64,000 bases of DNA from an uncultured delta proteobacterium (GCA_963815115.1 CAWFFN010000008.1:266226-330225), one strand, 5' to 3'. Counted from the stretch's first letter, positions 38,446-50,597 are shown. Numbers and translations: made by a program. Notes: a model not told the origin generated them from the sequence alone.

Positions 38446-39972
38446 CACAGGCCTTCCGCCAGCCGCACCGCATTCACCACCGCCCGCGCCTTGTTCACGC
38501 ACTCGCGATGCTCGGCCTCGGGATCGGAGTCGGCGACGATCCCGGCACCCGCCTGGATGAAGGCGCGGCCGTCGCGCATGAGCACGGAGCGGATGGCGAT
38601 CGCCGTGTCCATCGCGCCGCCGTAGCCGAAGTAGCCCACCGCCCCGCCGTAGATGCCCCGGCGCACCGGCTCGAGCTCCTCGATGATCTCCATGGCGCGG
38701 ATCTTGGGCGCGCCGCTCAGCGTACCGGCCGGGAACGTCGCGCGGAAGGCGTCGAAGCAGTCCCGTCCCGGCTCGAGCCGCCCGCGCACGTTCGACACCA
38801 GGTGCATCACGTGCGAGTAGCGCTCGATCACGAAGCGCTCGGTGACCTCCACCGTCCCGACCTCGGCCACGCGTCCCACGTCGTTGCGCCCGAGATCGAG
38901 CAGCATGACGTGCTCGGCGAGCTCCTTCGGATCGGAGGCGCAGCTCGTCGGCGAGCGCGGCGTCGTCGCGCTCGCCGGTGCCGCGCGGCCGCGTGCCGGC
39001 GATCGGCCGGACCACCAGCTCGCCGCCCTCCACCCGCGCCATCACCTCGGGCGACGCGCCTGCCAGGGCGTGCGCGCCGAGCGCGAGGTAGAACATGTAC
39101 GGCGACGGGTTCACGGTGCGCAGGCAGCGGTAGACGTTGAAGGGCGCGGCGGCCAGCGGCATCTCGAAGCGCTGCGCCAGCACCACCTGGATGACGTCGC
39201 CGGCACGGATGTACTCCTTGGCGCGCGCCACCATGCCCTGGTACGCCTCCGGGGTGAGATTGGCGCGCACCTCTTCGGGCGCGCCACCGCGCGCGACGGG
39301 TGCGACCGGTCCGACCGCTGGCGTTCCCAGCCGGTCGACCAGCTCGTCGATGCGGGCGACCGCGGCGTCGTAGGCGTCGTCCGGCGAGACGCCGTCTCCC
39401 ACGTGCGCGTGCGACACCACGCGGATGGTCTGCGCCACGTTGTCGAACACCAGCACGCTCTGGACCAGGAGCATGCAGAGATCCGGCAGAAGCAGGTCGT
39501 CCTCTGCCAGGGCCGGCAGCCGTTCCAGGCTGCGCACCACGTCGTACCCGACGTAGCCGACCGCCCCGCCCACGAAGCGCGGCAGCCCCGACACGGGCAC
39601 CGCACGATAGGCGGCGAGGAGCCGCTTCAGCTCGCCGAGCGGGTCGTCGGTCGCCCAGCGCTCGACGCCTCCACCGGGCGTCTCGAGCTCGACCTCGCGC
39701 CCGCGCACGCGGAGCACCCGTGCGGGCTCCGTCCCGAGAAAGGTGAAGCGGCCCCAGCGCTCGCCGCCCTGCACGCTTTCGAGCAGGAACCCGTAGGGCC
39801 CGCGGCGGATCTTCAGGAAGGCCGAGACCGGGGTTTCCAGATCGGCGAGGATGTCCCGGCTGAGGGGGATCAGGTTCCCTGCCTCGACGAGCCCCCGGAA
39901 GTCCTCGCGTGGCGGCCACACGGCCCCGGCGCGCCGTCCCCAGGCGGGCGCTCTCGGGAGCGCTGCGCTCAT
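38445..39972 (-). CDS. trpE: Anthranilate synthase component I, split by a frameshift near 38925-38935.
   Basis: The N-terminal part (MSAALPRA...[28 protein letters not shown]) is in the frame of ORF 37846-40080. The C-terminal part (…[22 protein letters not shown]...[15 protein letters not shown]...GGAVGYFGY) is in the frame of ORF 38445-38906. Confidence 0.7.
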
Positions 39973-40811
39973 TGGGACGCCACGTAGGCCCGGGAGACGC
40001 CCTCCCGATCGCGCAACCGCCGCATCACCTGCTCGGCCTGCTCCGCGCTGGCGTAGCGTCCCACGCGCAGGCGGTACCACGTGCCGCCGTCGCGCGGGAC
40101 CGCTTGCACGGTGGCGTCGAAGCCCCGCCGGGCGAGGTTGGCGCGCATCGCCTCGGCCTCGGAGCGGTCGCGGGTCGAGGTGGCCTCGACGGTGAAGGCT
40201 CCACTCCTGGGTGGCGACGTCGTCGCGCGGGCCGCCGTCGTTCGGTCCTTCGCCGTCGGCACCGTCCCGGTCTTCGCGCCGCTCGCGGCGGGAGACCTGG
40301 CGGGGGCCGCGGCCCCCGGCTTCGACGGCCGCGCCGTCGCGGATCTCGCCCGCGGCGCCGTCGCGGGCCCGGCCGCAGTCGGCTTCGTCGGGACCGCCGC
40401 TCCCGGCTTCGCCGGCGGGGCCGTCCTGGACGCCACCTGCACCTTTCCGGTCGCGGCGCCCTGCGGCGCACCGCTGGCCTTCGGCGAGGCCGCCGGCAGC
40501 GCCGGCTTCTGCTCGGCCGGCCGGATCGGACCGGCCTTGGACCGCGCGGGGGTTGCGTCCGTGTGCCCCGTCGGCACCAGCGTGTCGTAGAAGGTGAACT
40601 CGTCGCCGCTCTTCGGCCGCTGCCCCTCCGGCGGCGGCTGCGTGGTCACCGGCAGCCGGACGCCGCGGTCCTCCCCCGCGGGGACGCGCTCCTGGATCCG
40701 ATTGCCGGTATAGAAGCCGATGCCGTAGACCACCGCGCAGCTCACCATCCAGACCCCGACGAGGATGGCGCGCTCGACCAGCCGCAACCCCGGACGCGGA
40801 TTCTCTCCCAT
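39969..40811 (-). CDS. SPOR-domain (peptidoglycan-binding, cell-division-associated) membrane protein.
   Basis: N-terminal TM ([19 protein letters not shown]). Pro/Ala-rich linker. C-terminal SPOR fold signature ([33 protein letters not shown]...[18 protein letters not shown]). Confidence 0.7.
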   Translation of the reverse strand: MGENPRPGLRLVERAILVGVWMVSCAVVYGIGFYTGNRIQERVPAGEDRGVRLPVTTQPPPEGQRPKSGDEFTFYDTLVPTGHTDATPARSKAGPIRPAEQKPALPAASPKASGAPQGAATGKVQVASRTAPPAKPGAAVPTKPTAAGPATAPRARSATARPSKPGAAAPARSPAASGAKTGTVPTAKDRTTAARATTSPPRSGAFTVEATSTRDRSEAEAMRANLARRGFDATVQAVPRDGGTWYRLRVGRYASAEQAEQVMRRLRDREGVSRAYVASQ

Positions 40812-40821
40812 CTTCCCCTCC

Positions 40822-42051
40822 TCACATCCGCCCGGCCGCTGCGACGCCGCACAACCGGAGGGCATCGGACAGCACGTGCTGCGCGCATGCCCCCAGCGCG
40901 AGCCGCGCCTGGGTCAGGACACCGTCCGCCGTGAGCATGCGGTGGCGGTTATAGTAGCGATGGACCGCCGCGGCGAGCGTCAGAGCGTGGCCGGCGACGG
41001 CGTGCGGCTCGAGCGCGTGCGCCGCCCGCTCGACCACGTCGGGCCACACGACCACCTGGCGCAGCACCTCGGCCTCCGCCTCGCCGAGTGGTGCGAGATC
41101 GGGACGGGGCTCGCGGGCGACGCCGGCGATTGCGGCCTCGCGCAGCACGCCGGCGAGGCGGGCATGCGCAAGCTGGACACGGCCGAGCGGGTTGTCCGCA
41201 TCGCGGCGCTTCGCCTGCTCCAGATCCACGTCGAGCGCCCTGCCTGATCGCCCCAGCAGGAGAAAGAACCGCCCCGCATCGTCGCCGATCTCTCGCACGA
41301 CGTCCGGCCAGCCGACGTCGGATGAGCGCACGATCTCCCCGCCCCTCGCGAGCCCGACCGGAGCCGCCGGGACGAGCCGGAGCACTGCGGGATCGACGGC
41401 GGCGCGCAGCCGATCTGCAGAAGCGCCGTCATCCACCTCGACGACCGCGGCGAGAAGGTCGACGCCCTCCGTGGCGGCCGAATCCGCGGCGTCCTCGGCG
41501 GGCGCGGTCGAGCGCTCGCGCGGGTCGACGGCCCAGCCGCTGGCCTCGAGAAGGCGCGCCACGCTTCCGGCGAGCACCGCGCAGCGCGCCTGCGCCAGGC
41601 TCGGCCCCTCCTCCCGTGCTGCGACCTGCAGGACACGGGCCCGGCGGCCGCGCCCGACAGAGCTGCGCCCGTAGGCGCGGCCGGCCGTCACCGCCTCGTC
41701 GAGCAGCATGTGCCAAAAGGCCGCGCCGAACCGGAAGTTCACGAATCCCGGCCCTGCCACCTCGACGCCGCTCAGCCATCGGCAAGGGTCGCGTAGGCGG
41801 TCGAGGAGGACCTCCGCGATGTCCTGCGGCGGTCGCCCCATCTCGCGGGCGAGCATCATCGCCACGTCGCAGGTCAGGTCCCCGAAGGCCGGGTCGGCGG
41901 GCTCGTGCACCGCGTAGGCGGGCACGCTGCGGACCCGGAGCAGTCCCCCCTCGATGGCGTCGGTCAGCGCTTCCCGGACGAGCGCGTCAACGTGCGATCG
42001 CACGCCAAAGCCAGTTCCCGGCGGCGCGCGTGTCGGAGACCCCGGGGGCAT
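40822..42051 (-). CDS. Arginyl-tRNA-synthetase-like protein. It keeps the N-terminal add-on domain and the C-terminal DALR anticodon-binding domain, but the catalytic core is degenerate or truncated, so it is probably non-catalytic.
   Basis: N-terminal domain VHEPADPAFGDLTCDVAMMLAREMGRPPQDIAEVL...VEVAGPGFVNFRF. The DALR region (…GRVQLAHARL...EPHAVAGHALTLAAAVHRYYNRHRML). The HIGH region is replaced by VAAREEGPSLAQARCAV. No KMSK motif. 409 aa against ~550-600 for ArgRS. Confidence 0.55.
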   Translation of the reverse strand: MPPGSPTRAPPGTGFGVRSHVDALVREALTDAIEGGLLRVRSVPAYAVHEPADPAFGDLTCDVAMMLAREMGRPPQDIAEVLLDRLRDPCRWLSGVEVAGPGFVNFRFGAAFWHMLLDEAVTAGRAYGRSSVGRGRRARVLQVAAREEGPSLAQARCAVLAGSVARLLEASGWAVDPRERSTAPAEDAADSAATEGVDLLAAVVEVDDGASADRLRAAVDPAVLRLVPAAPVGLARGGEIVRSSDVGWPDVVREIGDDAGRFFLLLGRSGRALDVDLEQAKRRDADNPLGRVQLAHARLAGVLREAAIAGVAREPRPDLAPLGEAEAEVLRQVVVWPDVVERAAHALEPHAVAGHALTLAAAVHRYYNRHRMLTADGVLTQARLALGACAQHVLSDALRLCGVAAAGRM

Positions 42052-42118
42052 CCATGGGGCGCGTTGTACCGGCGCCCCCGGGCGCCGTCAACCGGCGCAC
42101 GCGCGCGCGCGCCGCGCC

Positions 42119-42586
42119 TCACCCCGCGGCGGCGCGCCGGCGCGGCGTCTCGGTCTTTCGGGTGTCCTTGCCCGTGTCCTTGCGGCGCGCCGGCTTCTTC
42201 TTCTTGCCGGTCCCGTCCGTGCCCTGACCCGGGCGGTCCACCAGCTCGACCAGCGAGAGCGCCGCCGCGTCCCCGGGGCGCACCCCGAGCTTGACCACCC
42301 GGACATAGCCTCCCGCACGTCCCGCATAACGCGGAGCGAGCTCGGCAAAGAGCTTCCGTACCACGCTCGCCTGTTGCACCAGCGCGGCGGCCCGGCGGCG
42401 CGCGTGCAGCGTGCCGTCCTTGCCGAGCGTGATCATGCGATCACCCCAGCGCTTGAGCTCCTTGGCCTTCCCATCCGTCGTCCGCACCGCCTCGTGCTCG
42501 AGGAGCGCCGTCACCAGGTTGCGCAGCAGGGCGCGACGGTGTGCCGGTGAGCGGCCGAGCTTCTTCCCTGCGACCCGATGGCGCAT
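42119..42586 (-). CDS. rplQ: 50S ribosomal protein L17, with a Lys/Arg-rich C-terminal extension.
   Basis: [32 protein letters not shown]... Confidence 0.9.
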   Translation of the reverse strand: MRHRVAGKKLGRSPAHRRALLRNLVTALLEHEAVRTTDGKAKELKRWGDRMITLGKDGTLHARRRAAALVQQASVVRKLFAELAPRYAGRAGGYVRVVKLGVRPGDAAALSLVELVDRPGQGTDGTGKKKKPARRKDTGKDTRKTETPRRRAAAG

Positions 42587-42589
42587 GGC

Positions 42590-43654
<1,065 letters not shown>

Positions 43655-43679
43655 GGGCGCCTTCCTCTGTTCCCGTCGG

Positions 43680-44306
43680 CTACTTGGAATAGAGCTCGAC
43701 GACCAGCTTCTCGTTGATGGGCATCGTCAGATCCGACCGCGCAGGAAGCGACTTCACGCGGCCGGCGAACGCCTCTGGGGTGATCTCGAGCCAGTCCGGC
43801 ACTCCGCGCCGCTGCGCCAGCTCGAGGGACTCCTGGATGCGGGCCACCTTCTGGCTGCGGTCGCGCACGCTCACCGTGTCTCCCGCCCGGACCAGGAACG
43901 ACGGCACGTTGACCTTGCGGCCGTTCACCCGGAAGTGGCCGTGGCGCACGAGCTGCCGCGCCTCGGCGCGCGAGGTGGCGAACCCGATGCGGTAGACGGT
44001 GTTGTCGAGCCGGCGCTCGAGCAGCTGGAGCAGCGTCTCGCCGGTCACGCCCTTGGCGCGGTCCGCCATCGAGAAATACCGCCGGAACTGCCCCTCGAGG
44101 ATGCCGTACATGCGGCGCAGCTTCTGCTTCTCGCGCAACTGGACCGAGTACTCCGAGAACTTCGGGCGCGCCTGGCCATGCTCCCCGGGTGGGTAGTTGC
44201 GGCGCTCGATGGCGCACTTGTCGGTGTAGCAGCGCTCGCCCTTGAGGAACAGCTTGAGTCCCTCACGACGGCACAGACGGCAAACCGCTCCGGTGTATCG
44301 TGCCAC
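43680..44306 (-). CDS. rpsD: 30S ribosomal protein S4.
   Basis: [26 protein letters not shown]... Confidence 0.95.
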   Translation of the reverse strand: MARYTGAVCRLCRREGLKLFLKGERCYTDKCAIERRNYPPGEHGQARPKFSEYSVQLREKQKLRRMYGILEGQFRRYFSMADRAKGVTGETLLQLLERRLDNTVYRIGFATSRAEARQLVRHGHFRVNGRKVNVPSFLVRAGDTVSVRDRSQKVARIQESLELAQRRGVPDWLEITPEAFAGRVKSLPARSDLTMPINEKLVVELYSK

Positions 44307-44316
44307 GTGCGACTCC

Positions 44317-44745
44317 TCAGACCCGGCGCCGCTTCGGCGGCCGGCAGCCGTTGTGCGGGATCGGGGTGACGTCCTTGATGATGCTCACGGTGAAGCCCGC
44401 CGCCTGCAGGCTGCGCAGCGCGGATTCACGGCCCGAGCCCGGGCCCTTCACGAACACCTGCACGTGGCGCATGCCGAGATCGGCCGCCTTGCGTGCAGCC
44501 GCCTCCGCCGCCACCTGCGCCGCGAAGGGCGTCCCCTTGCGCGAGCCCTTGAAGCCGCACGACCCCGCGCTCGACCAGACGAGCACGTTGCCCTGCGGGT
44601 CACTGACGGTGATGATCGTGTTGTTGAACGTCGAGTGAATGTGGAGCACGCCCTCCGCCACGAGCCGCTTCGACTTCTTGCGGCGAGCCGGTGCGGCCTC
44701 GGGCGCGGCGGGTCTCCCGCCGCTCGACTCCTGCTGCTTTGCCAC
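44317..44745 (-). CDS. rpsK: 30S ribosomal protein S11.
   Basis: [30 protein letters not shown]... Confidence 0.9.
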   Translation of the reverse strand: MAKQQESSGGRPAAPEAAPARRKKSKRLVAEGVLHIHSTFNNTIITVSDPQGNVLVWSSAGSCGFKGSRKGTPFAAQVAAEAAARKAADLGMRHVQVFVKGPGSGRESALRSLQAAGFTVSIIKDVTPIPHNGCRPPKRRRV

Positions 44746-44772
44746 GAGTCCTCCTTGTGTTTCCCGTATGGA

Positions 44773-45156
44773 CTAGCCCTTGGAGGGCGCGGCTTTCTTC
44801 CCCGCGACGGTGCGTCGCGGGCCCTTCCGCGTCCGGGCGTTGGTGTGCGAGCGCTGGCCGCGCACCGGCAGATTCCGCCGATGCCGCAGGCCGCGGTAGC
44901 AGCCGAGGTCGACCAGGCGCTTGATGTTCGTCGTCGTGTCACGGCGGAGATCGCCCTCGACCTTGTACGAGGCATCGATCTCGCGCCGGATCCGCGTGAC
45001 GTCGTCGTCGGTCAGCTCGTCGCTCTTGCGTCCCGGATCGACCTGCGCCGCGGCACAGATGCGGAGCGCCGCAGACCGGCCGATGCCGTAGATGTAGGTG
45101 AGTGCGATCTCCATGCGCTTGTTGCGCGGCAGATCGACCCCTGCGATGCGTGCCAT
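44773..45156 (-). CDS. rpsM: 30S ribosomal protein S13.
   Basis: [26 protein letters not shown]... Confidence 0.95.
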   Translation of the reverse strand: MARIAGVDLPRNKRMEIALTYIYGIGRSAALRICAAAQVDPGRKSDELTDDDVTRIRREIDASYKVEGDLRRDTTTNIKRLVDLGCYRGLRHRRNLPVRGQRSHTNARTRKGPRRTVAGKKAAPSKG

Positions 45157-45224
45157 TTCGTTCCTGCCCTTCCTGTCTCTGCCTGTTCTTCGGGCCTATT
45201 CCTGGGGGACTCTTCCTGGGGCCT

Positions 45225-45338
45225 ATCCCTGGCGCTGCTTGTGCCGCGGGTTCGAGCACAGGACGCGCACGACGCCCTGGCGCCTGATCACCTTGCATTT
45301 CCGGCAGATCGGCCGGACCGATGCTCGTACCTTCATGT
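45225..45338 (-). CDS. rpmJ: 50S ribosomal protein L36 (37 aa). Not in the ORF track; found by manual translation.
   Basis: [37 protein letters not shown] read from the reverse complement. Coordinates accurate to within 2 nt. Confidence 0.8.
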
Positions 45339-45365
45339 GGTCACTTCCTCACGTCGTGGTCCCGC

Positions 45366-46127
45366 TCAGGGCCGGCTCAAGATATAGGGTCCGTCCGCCA
45401 TGACGGCAACGGAGTGCTCGAAGTGCGCCGACAGGCGCCCATCCCGGGTCGCCGCGGTCCACCCGTCGTCCTTGACGTATACCTCGGGACCCCCGGCGTT
45501 CACCATCGGCTCGATCGCGAGCACCAGCCCCTCCGAGAGCTTCACCCCCCGCGTCCCGGTCCGGTAGTTCGGTACCTGGGGATCCTCGTGCAGGCTGCGC
45601 CCGATGCCGTGGCCGACGAACTCGCGCACCAGCGAGAAGCCGGCGCCCTCGGCGACGTCCTGGATGGCTCCGGAGATGTCGGCGATGTGCGCCCCGGGCC
45701 GGATGGCCTCGATCCCGGCGGCCAGCGCCGCCGCGGTCACGTCCATCAGGCGCTGCGCCTCGGGGGACGTCCGGCCCACGGAGACGGTGCGGGCCGCGTC
45801 GCCGAAGTACCCCTCGCAGCACACGCCGAAGTCGAGGCCGACGAGGTCGCCGTCGCGCAGCACGCGCTCGCGGGACGGGATGCCGTGCACTACCTCGTCG
45901 TTCACCGAGATGCAGATCGAGGCCGGGAACGTGCGGCCGCCCACGACGTAGCCCTTGAAGGCCGGCCGTGCGCCCCGCTTGTGGGTGAGCTCCTCGGCGA
46001 GCGCGTCGAGCTCCGCGGTGCTGACTCCCGGCCGCACCCGGGACGCGACCGCGGCCAGGATCTCGGCCACGATACCGCTCGATCGCCGCATGCGCTCGAT
46101 CTCGTCGGGGGACTTGAGCAGGATCAT
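45366..46127 (-). CDS. map: Methionine aminopeptidase type I.
   Basis: MILLKSPDEIERMR...FKGY...HGIP...DFG...HGIGR..HE. The track ORF upstream of M85 is junk. Confidence 0.9.
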   Translation of the reverse strand: MILLKSPDEIERMRRSSGIVAEILAAVASRVRPGVSTAELDALAEELTHKRGARPAFKGYVVGGRTFPASICISVNDEVVHGIPSRERVLRDGDLVGLDFGVCCEGYFGDAARTVSVGRTSPEAQRLMDVTAAALAAGIEAIRPGAHIADISGAIQDVAEGAGFSLVREFVGHGIGRSLHEDPQVPNYRTGTRGVKLSEGLVLAIEPMVNAGGPEVYVKDDGWTAATRDGRLSAHFEHSVAVMADGPYILSRP

Positions 46128-46765
46128 GGCAGGTTCGCCCGGATGCGTCCGAAGACGTCGTCCTGGGTCCCGGTTCCCTGCACCGGGCGCAGGAGTCCCG
46201 AGGCGCGATAGTAGTCCGCCACGGCCATCACCTCGCGCGCGTGCAGATCGAGGCGGATCGCGATCTGATCGGGCCGGTCGTCCTCGCGCTGGTAGAGCTC
46301 CCCGCCGCAGCGGTCGCAGCGTGCCGGGTGCTCGGGCGGATTCGACGACGCATGGTACATCGCCCCGCAACCGCGGCACACCAGACGGCCCGACAGCCGG
46401 CGGATCAGCTCCTCGCGCGGCACCTCGACGGCAACGACGGCGTCGAGGCAGGCGCCGCGCTTGCTCAGCAGCCGCTCGAGCTCGTGCGCCTGCGGCACCG
46501 TGCGCGGGAAGCCGTCGAGGATGAAGCCGCGCGTGCAGTCGGCGGCTTCCAGGCGTTGCTCCACCAGGCCGATGACCACCTCGTCCGGGACCAGCTGTCC
46601 CGCATCCATGTACCGCCGCGCGGCGGCACCGAGCGAGCTGCCATCATGCTCGGCCGCGCGGAGCATGTCACCCGTCGAGATCTGCGGGACGCCGACGGCC
46701 TGTTGCAGGAGGCGGGCCTGTGTCCCCTTGCCGGCGCCGGGAGGTCCCAGCATCACCACGCGCAC
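46124..46765 (-). CDS. adk: Adenylate kinase (with a Cys4 LID domain).
   Basis: MRVVMLGPPGAGKGTQA...CRGCG...CDRCGG. Confidence 0.9.
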   Translation of the reverse strand: MRVVMLGPPGAGKGTQARLLQQAVGVPQISTGDMLRAAEHDGSSLGAAARRYMDAGQLVPDEVVIGLVEQRLEAADCTRGFILDGFPRTVPQAHELERLLSKRGACLDAVVAVEVPREELIRRLSGRLVCRGCGAMYHASSNPPEHPARCDRCGGELYQREDDRPDQIAIRLDLHAREVMAVADYYRASGLLRPVQGTGTQDDVFGRIRANLP

Positions 46766-46775
46766 GTCACCTCCC

Positions 46776-48086
46776 TCACCGCCTGCCCCGGATCCGTCCG
46801 CGCTTCATGAACCCCTCGTAGCTCCGGGAGATCATGTGCGTCTCCATGGCCGCGATGGTGTCGAGGGCGACGCCGACCACGATGAGGAGCGCGGTGCCCC
46901 CGAAGTAGAAGGGGACACGCAGCTGGGAGATGAGGATCGTCGGGAGCACGCAGATCGCCGCGACGTAGAGGGCGCCCGCCAGCGTGATGCGCACCAGGAT
47001 CCGATCGATGAAGTCCGCCGTGCGCGGTCCCGGTCGGATGCCGGGGATGTAACCGCCGAACTTCTTCAAATTGTCGGACACGTCACTCGGGTTGAAGGTG
47101 ACGGCGGTGTAGAAGTAGCAGAAGAAGATGATCAGCCCGACGTCGACCAGGCTGTAGACAATCGAGCCCGGGGTCAGGGCATGCGAGACCCTCTGGGCGA
47201 TCGGGTTGTCGCCGAACATGCTCGCGATGCTGGCCGGGAAGAGCAGCACGGACGAGGCGAAGATGGGCGGGATGACGCCCGCCGTGTTGACCTTGAGCGG
47301 CAGGTGCGAGCTCTGCCCGCTGTAGACCCTGCGCCCCACCACGCGCTTCGCGTACTGCACCGGGATGCGGCGCTGGCCGCGCTCCATGAAGATGATCACG
47401 GCGACGACGATCACGGCGACGACCGCCATGAAGAGCGCCGCGAAGATCGACAGCTCTCGCTGGCGGACGAACTCCAGGGTGGTGAGGACGGCGTTCGGCA
47501 GCTGCGCCACGATGCCGGCGAAGATGATCAGGGAGATGCCGTTGCCGATGCCGCGCTCCGTCATCTGCTCGCCGAGCCACATGATGAATGCCGTCCCGGT
47601 CGTGAGCGTGATCATGGTCATGATGCGGAATCCCCACCCCGGCGCGAACACCACGCCGGCGCCGCCCGGCGCCTGGATGCTCTCGAGACCGGCCGAGATG
47701 AAGAAGCTCTGCACCAGGGACAGCGCGACCGTGCCGTAGCGCGTGTACTGCGTGATCTTGCGCCGGCCGATCTCGCCTTCCTTCGACAGCTTCTCGAGGT
47801 AGGGGATGACGACGGTGAGGAGCTGGAGGATGATGCTCGCGCTGATGTACGGCATGATGCCGAGCGCGAAGATCGAGAAGCGCTCGAGCGCGCCGCCCGA
47901 GAACAGGTTGACCAGGCCGAGGATGTTGCTGCGGGCGTTGGCGAAGAACTGCGCCAGCGCCTGGCCGTCGATCCCGGGCGTGGGCACGTGGCAACCCAGG
48001 CGAAAGACGGCGAGGGCTCCTGCCGTGAAGGCCACCCGCTTGCGCAGCTCGGGCATCCGGGACGCGCTGGAGAATCCCTCAAGCAC
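46776..48086 (-). CDS. secY: Preprotein translocase subunit SecY.
   Basis: 436 aa, 10 TM. The motif [15 protein letters not shown]... Confidence 0.95.
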   Translation of the reverse strand: MLEGFSSASRMPELRKRVAFTAGALAVFRLGCHVPTPGIDGQALAQFFANARSNILGLVNLFSGGALERFSIFALGIMPYISASIILQLLTVVIPYLEKLSKEGEIGRRKITQYTRYGTVALSLVQSFFISAGLESIQAPGGAGVVFAPGWGFRIMTMITLTTGTAFIMWLGEQMTERGIGNGISLIIFAGIVAQLPNAVLTTLEFVRQRELSIFAALFMAVVAVIVVAVIIFMERGQRRIPVQYAKRVVGRRVYSGQSSHLPLKVNTAGVIPPIFASSVLLFPASIASMFGDNPIAQRVSHALTPGSIVYSLVDVGLIIFFCYFYTAVTFNPSDVSDNLKKFGGYIPGIRPGPRTADFIDRILVRITLAGALYVAAICVLPTILISQLRVPFYFGGTALLIVVGVALDTIAAMETHMISRSYEGFMKRGRIRGRR

Positions 48087-48522
48087 CGAGCACCTCCACG
48101 GTGCCGCCCGCGGCGGAGATCGCCTCCCGTGCGCCCGCGCTGAAGGCGTGGGCGCGCACGGTGAGGGCGTGCGCCAGCGACCCCTTGCCCAGGCACTTCA
48201 CGAGGCCGCGCTTGTGGATCAGGCCGTGCGCCCGGAGGTCGTCCGGCCCGACCGTCGTGCCGGCGGGGAACCCCGCAAGCTGCCCGATGTTGACGACGGC
48301 GTAGGTGGTGCGTGCCAGGGGACGGAAGCCGCGCTTGGGGAGACGGCGCTGGAGCGGCATCTGGCCGCCCTCGTACCCGGGCGGGCTGTTGCCGCCCGAC
48401 CGCGACAGGCGTCCCTTGTGGCCCCGCCCGGCCGTCTTGCCGTTGCCCGAGCCGGGACCGCGCCCGATGCGTCGCCGGCGGCGCGTCGCCCCCGGGGCGG
48501 GGTGAAGATGGCCGAGGTCCAT
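48079..48522 (-). CDS. rplO: 50S ribosomal protein L15.
   Basis: [18 protein letters not shown]... Confidence 0.85.
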   Translation of the reverse strand: MDLGHLHPAPGATRRRRRIGRGPGSGNGKTAGRGHKGRLSRSGGNSPPGYEGGQMPLQRRLPKRGFRPLARTTYAVVNIGQLAGFPAGTTVGPDDLRAHGLIHKRGLVKCLGKGSLAHALTVRAHAFSAGAREAISAAGGTVEVLGA

Positions 48523-48526
48523 GCCG

Positions 48527-48709
48527 CTAGCCCTCCGTCTCCACCAGGTGCGCCACCGCGCGCAGCATGCCACGGACGGGGGGCGAGTCCTTCAGGATGA
48601 CGGAGCGGCCGAGCCGGGTGAGCCCGAGGCCGCGCAGCGTGGCGCGCTGACGCGGGCTCGTCCCGATGGCGCTCCGCCGGAGAGTGGCCTTGACGATGCG
48701 CTCGCTCAT
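48527..48709 (-). CDS. rpmD: 50S ribosomal protein L30.
   Basis: [30 protein letters not shown]... Confidence 0.85.
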   Translation of the reverse strand: MSERIVKATLRRSAIGTSPRQRATLRGLGLTRLGRSVILKDSPPVRGMLRAVAHLVETEG

Positions 48710-49233
48710 CCGTGCAGCTCGGCGACCGTCTTGCCGCGCAGCGCCGCCACCTGGTCCGGCTTCCGCAGCGTGCGCAGCGCCTCCATCGTGGCGCGTACCA
48801 TGTTGTTGGGGTTGTTCGATCCGATGCACTTCGTGAGCACGTTGGCCAGTCCAGCCAGCTCGACCACCGCCCGCACGCCGCCGCCCGCGATGACGCCGGT
48901 GCCGTCCGACGCGGGCTTGAGCAGCACCTCACCGGCGCCGAACCGCCCGGTCACCTCGAAGGGGATGGTGCCCTCGATCAGCGGTACGTCCACCATGTCC
49001 TTCTTGGCTTTCTCGATACCCTTGCGGATGGCCTCGGGAACTTCCTTCGCCTTGCCGAGCCCGAAGCCGACGCGCCCGGCGCTGTCGCCGACCACGACGA
49101 GCGCGCTGAAGCTGAACCGCCGCCCGCCCTTCACGACTTTCGCCACGCGGTTGATGTGGACGACCTTCTCCTTCAGCTCGGCGCCTCGATCGTCGACGAT
49201 GCGTCTGGGGCTGCTGGGACCCGACTGTGCCAT
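48706..49233 (-). CDS. rpsE: 30S ribosomal protein S5.
   Basis: [27 protein letters not shown]... Confidence 0.9.
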   Translation of the reverse strand: MAQSGPSSPRRIVDDRGAELKEKVVHINRVAKVVKGGRRFSFSALVVVGDSAGRVGFGLGKAKEVPEAIRKGIEKAKKDMVDVPLIEGTIPFEVTGRFGAGEVLLKPASDGTGVIAGGGVRAVVELAGLANVLTKCIGSNNPNNMVRATMEALRTLRKPDQVAALRGKTVAELHG

Positions 49234-49246
49234 GTCTCGCCTTCTT

Positions 49247-49609
49247 TCAGAACTGGAGGCCGCCCTCGCGCGCACCATCCGCCACTGCGCGCACGCGGCC
49301 GTGATACAGGAAGCCATTGCGGTCGAACACCACGCGCTTGATGCCCTTCTCCTGGCAGCGGCGCGCGGTGAGCAAGCCGACCTGCTTGGCGGCGCCGACG
49401 TCGGCGGTCTTCGCCAGCTGCGGCCGCAGCTCGGCGGTGAGCGTCGACACTGCGAGGATCGTGCGGCGGGACTCGTCCGTGATCACCTGCACGTAGATGT
49501 GGCGGTCGCTGCGATATACCGACAGGCGCGGGCGCTCGTCGGTGCCACGCACCCGACGGCGTACACGGTCCCGGCGGCGGCCTCGCGCTTCGACTCGCGT
49601 AACCGACAT
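49247..49609 (-). CDS. rplR: 50S ribosomal protein L18.
   Basis: [20 protein letters not shown]... Confidence 0.9.
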   Translation of the reverse strand: MSVTRVEARGRRRDRVRRRVRGTDERPRLSVYRSDRHIYVQVITDESRRTILAVSTLTAELRPQLAKTADVGAAKQVGLLTARRCQEKGIKRVVFDRNGFLYHGRVRAVADGAREGGLQF

Positions 49610-50154
49610 CAGCGTGCTCCCGCCGCGGCCTTGCCGGCCTTGCGGCGAATGGTTTCCGTCGCGTACTTGATGCCCTTGCCCTTGTACGGCTCCGGCGGAC
49701 GCAGCCGCCGGACGGCCGCTGCCGTCTGGCCGAGCATCTCGCGATCGCCCCCCTCGAGCGTCACCACCACCTGGCGCTCGACCTTGGCGGTGATGCCGGG
49801 CGGCAGCTGGTAGGCGATCGGGTGAGAATAGCCGAGGGTCAAGAAGAGGACATTGCCGCGCGCCTCGGCACGGTAGCCCACGCCGCTGATCTCGAGCACC
49901 TTGGTGAAGCCCACCCCGGCGCCCTGGACCATGTTGGCGAGAAGCTTGCGCGTCAGGCCATGAACGCTGCGCGCGCGGCGGGAGTCGTCGCGGCGATGCA
50001 CGAGCGCGGTCTTGCCCTCGATCGTGACGGAGACCTCGGGCTCGAGCGTGCGCGTGAGGGTGCCCTTCGGTCCCTCGACGCGAATCGTTCCGTCGCTCAC
50101 GTGCAGCTTCACCGTGTCCGGAATGGAGACGGGCATGCGTCCGATGCGTGACAT
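49609..50154 (-). CDS. rplF: 50S ribosomal protein L6.
   Basis: MSRIGRMPVSIPDTVKLHVSDGTIRVEGPKG... Confidence 0.9.
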   Translation of the reverse strand: MSRIGRMPVSIPDTVKLHVSDGTIRVEGPKGTLTRTLEPEVSVTIEGKTALVHRRDDSRRARSVHGLTRKLLANMVQGAGVGFTKVLEISGVGYRAEARGNVLFLTLGYSHPIAYQLPPGITAKVERQVVVTLEGGDREMLGQTAAAVRRLRPPEPYKGKGIKYATETIRRKAGKAAAGAR

Positions 50155-50201
50155 GGCGTCCTCAGGGGTCCTTCGTGGTCGGTATCGTCGTCACCGTCCG
50201 G

Positions 50202-50597
50202 TCACCAGATCTGGCAGATCACCTCGCCGCCCACGCCCTGGCGGCGTGCCTCGCGGTCGGGGAGGATGCCCTTGGGCGTCGAGAGGATGCTGACGCCGAG
50301 CCCCCGGCGCACCGAGGGGATCTCGCCGCTTCCGACGTAGACGCGCAGGCTCGGACGGCTCACCCGGCGGATACCGGTGATCACCGGGTGGCGGGTCTGG
50401 TCGTAGCGCAGTCCGAGCCGCAGGGTGGGGAACTGCCCCTCCTGGACCATCGCGGCCTCGCCGAGGTAGCCCTCGTCGACGAGCACGCGCGCGATGGCCT
50501 CCTTGTGCCGGGACCACGGCACGTCGACGCTGGCCTTGCGCGCACCGGCGCCGTTGCGGATGCGCGTCAGCATGTCCGCGATGGGATCGGTCATCAT
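50202..50597 (-). CDS. rpsH: 30S ribosomal protein S8.
   Basis: MMTDPIADMLTRIRNG... Confidence 0.9.
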   Translation of the reverse strand: MMTDPIADMLTRIRNGAGARKASVDVPWSRHKEAIARVLVDEGYLGEAAMVQEGQFPTLRLGLRYDQTRHPVITGIRRVSRPSLRVYVGSGEIPSVRRGLGVSILSTPKGILPDREARRQGVGGEVICQIW

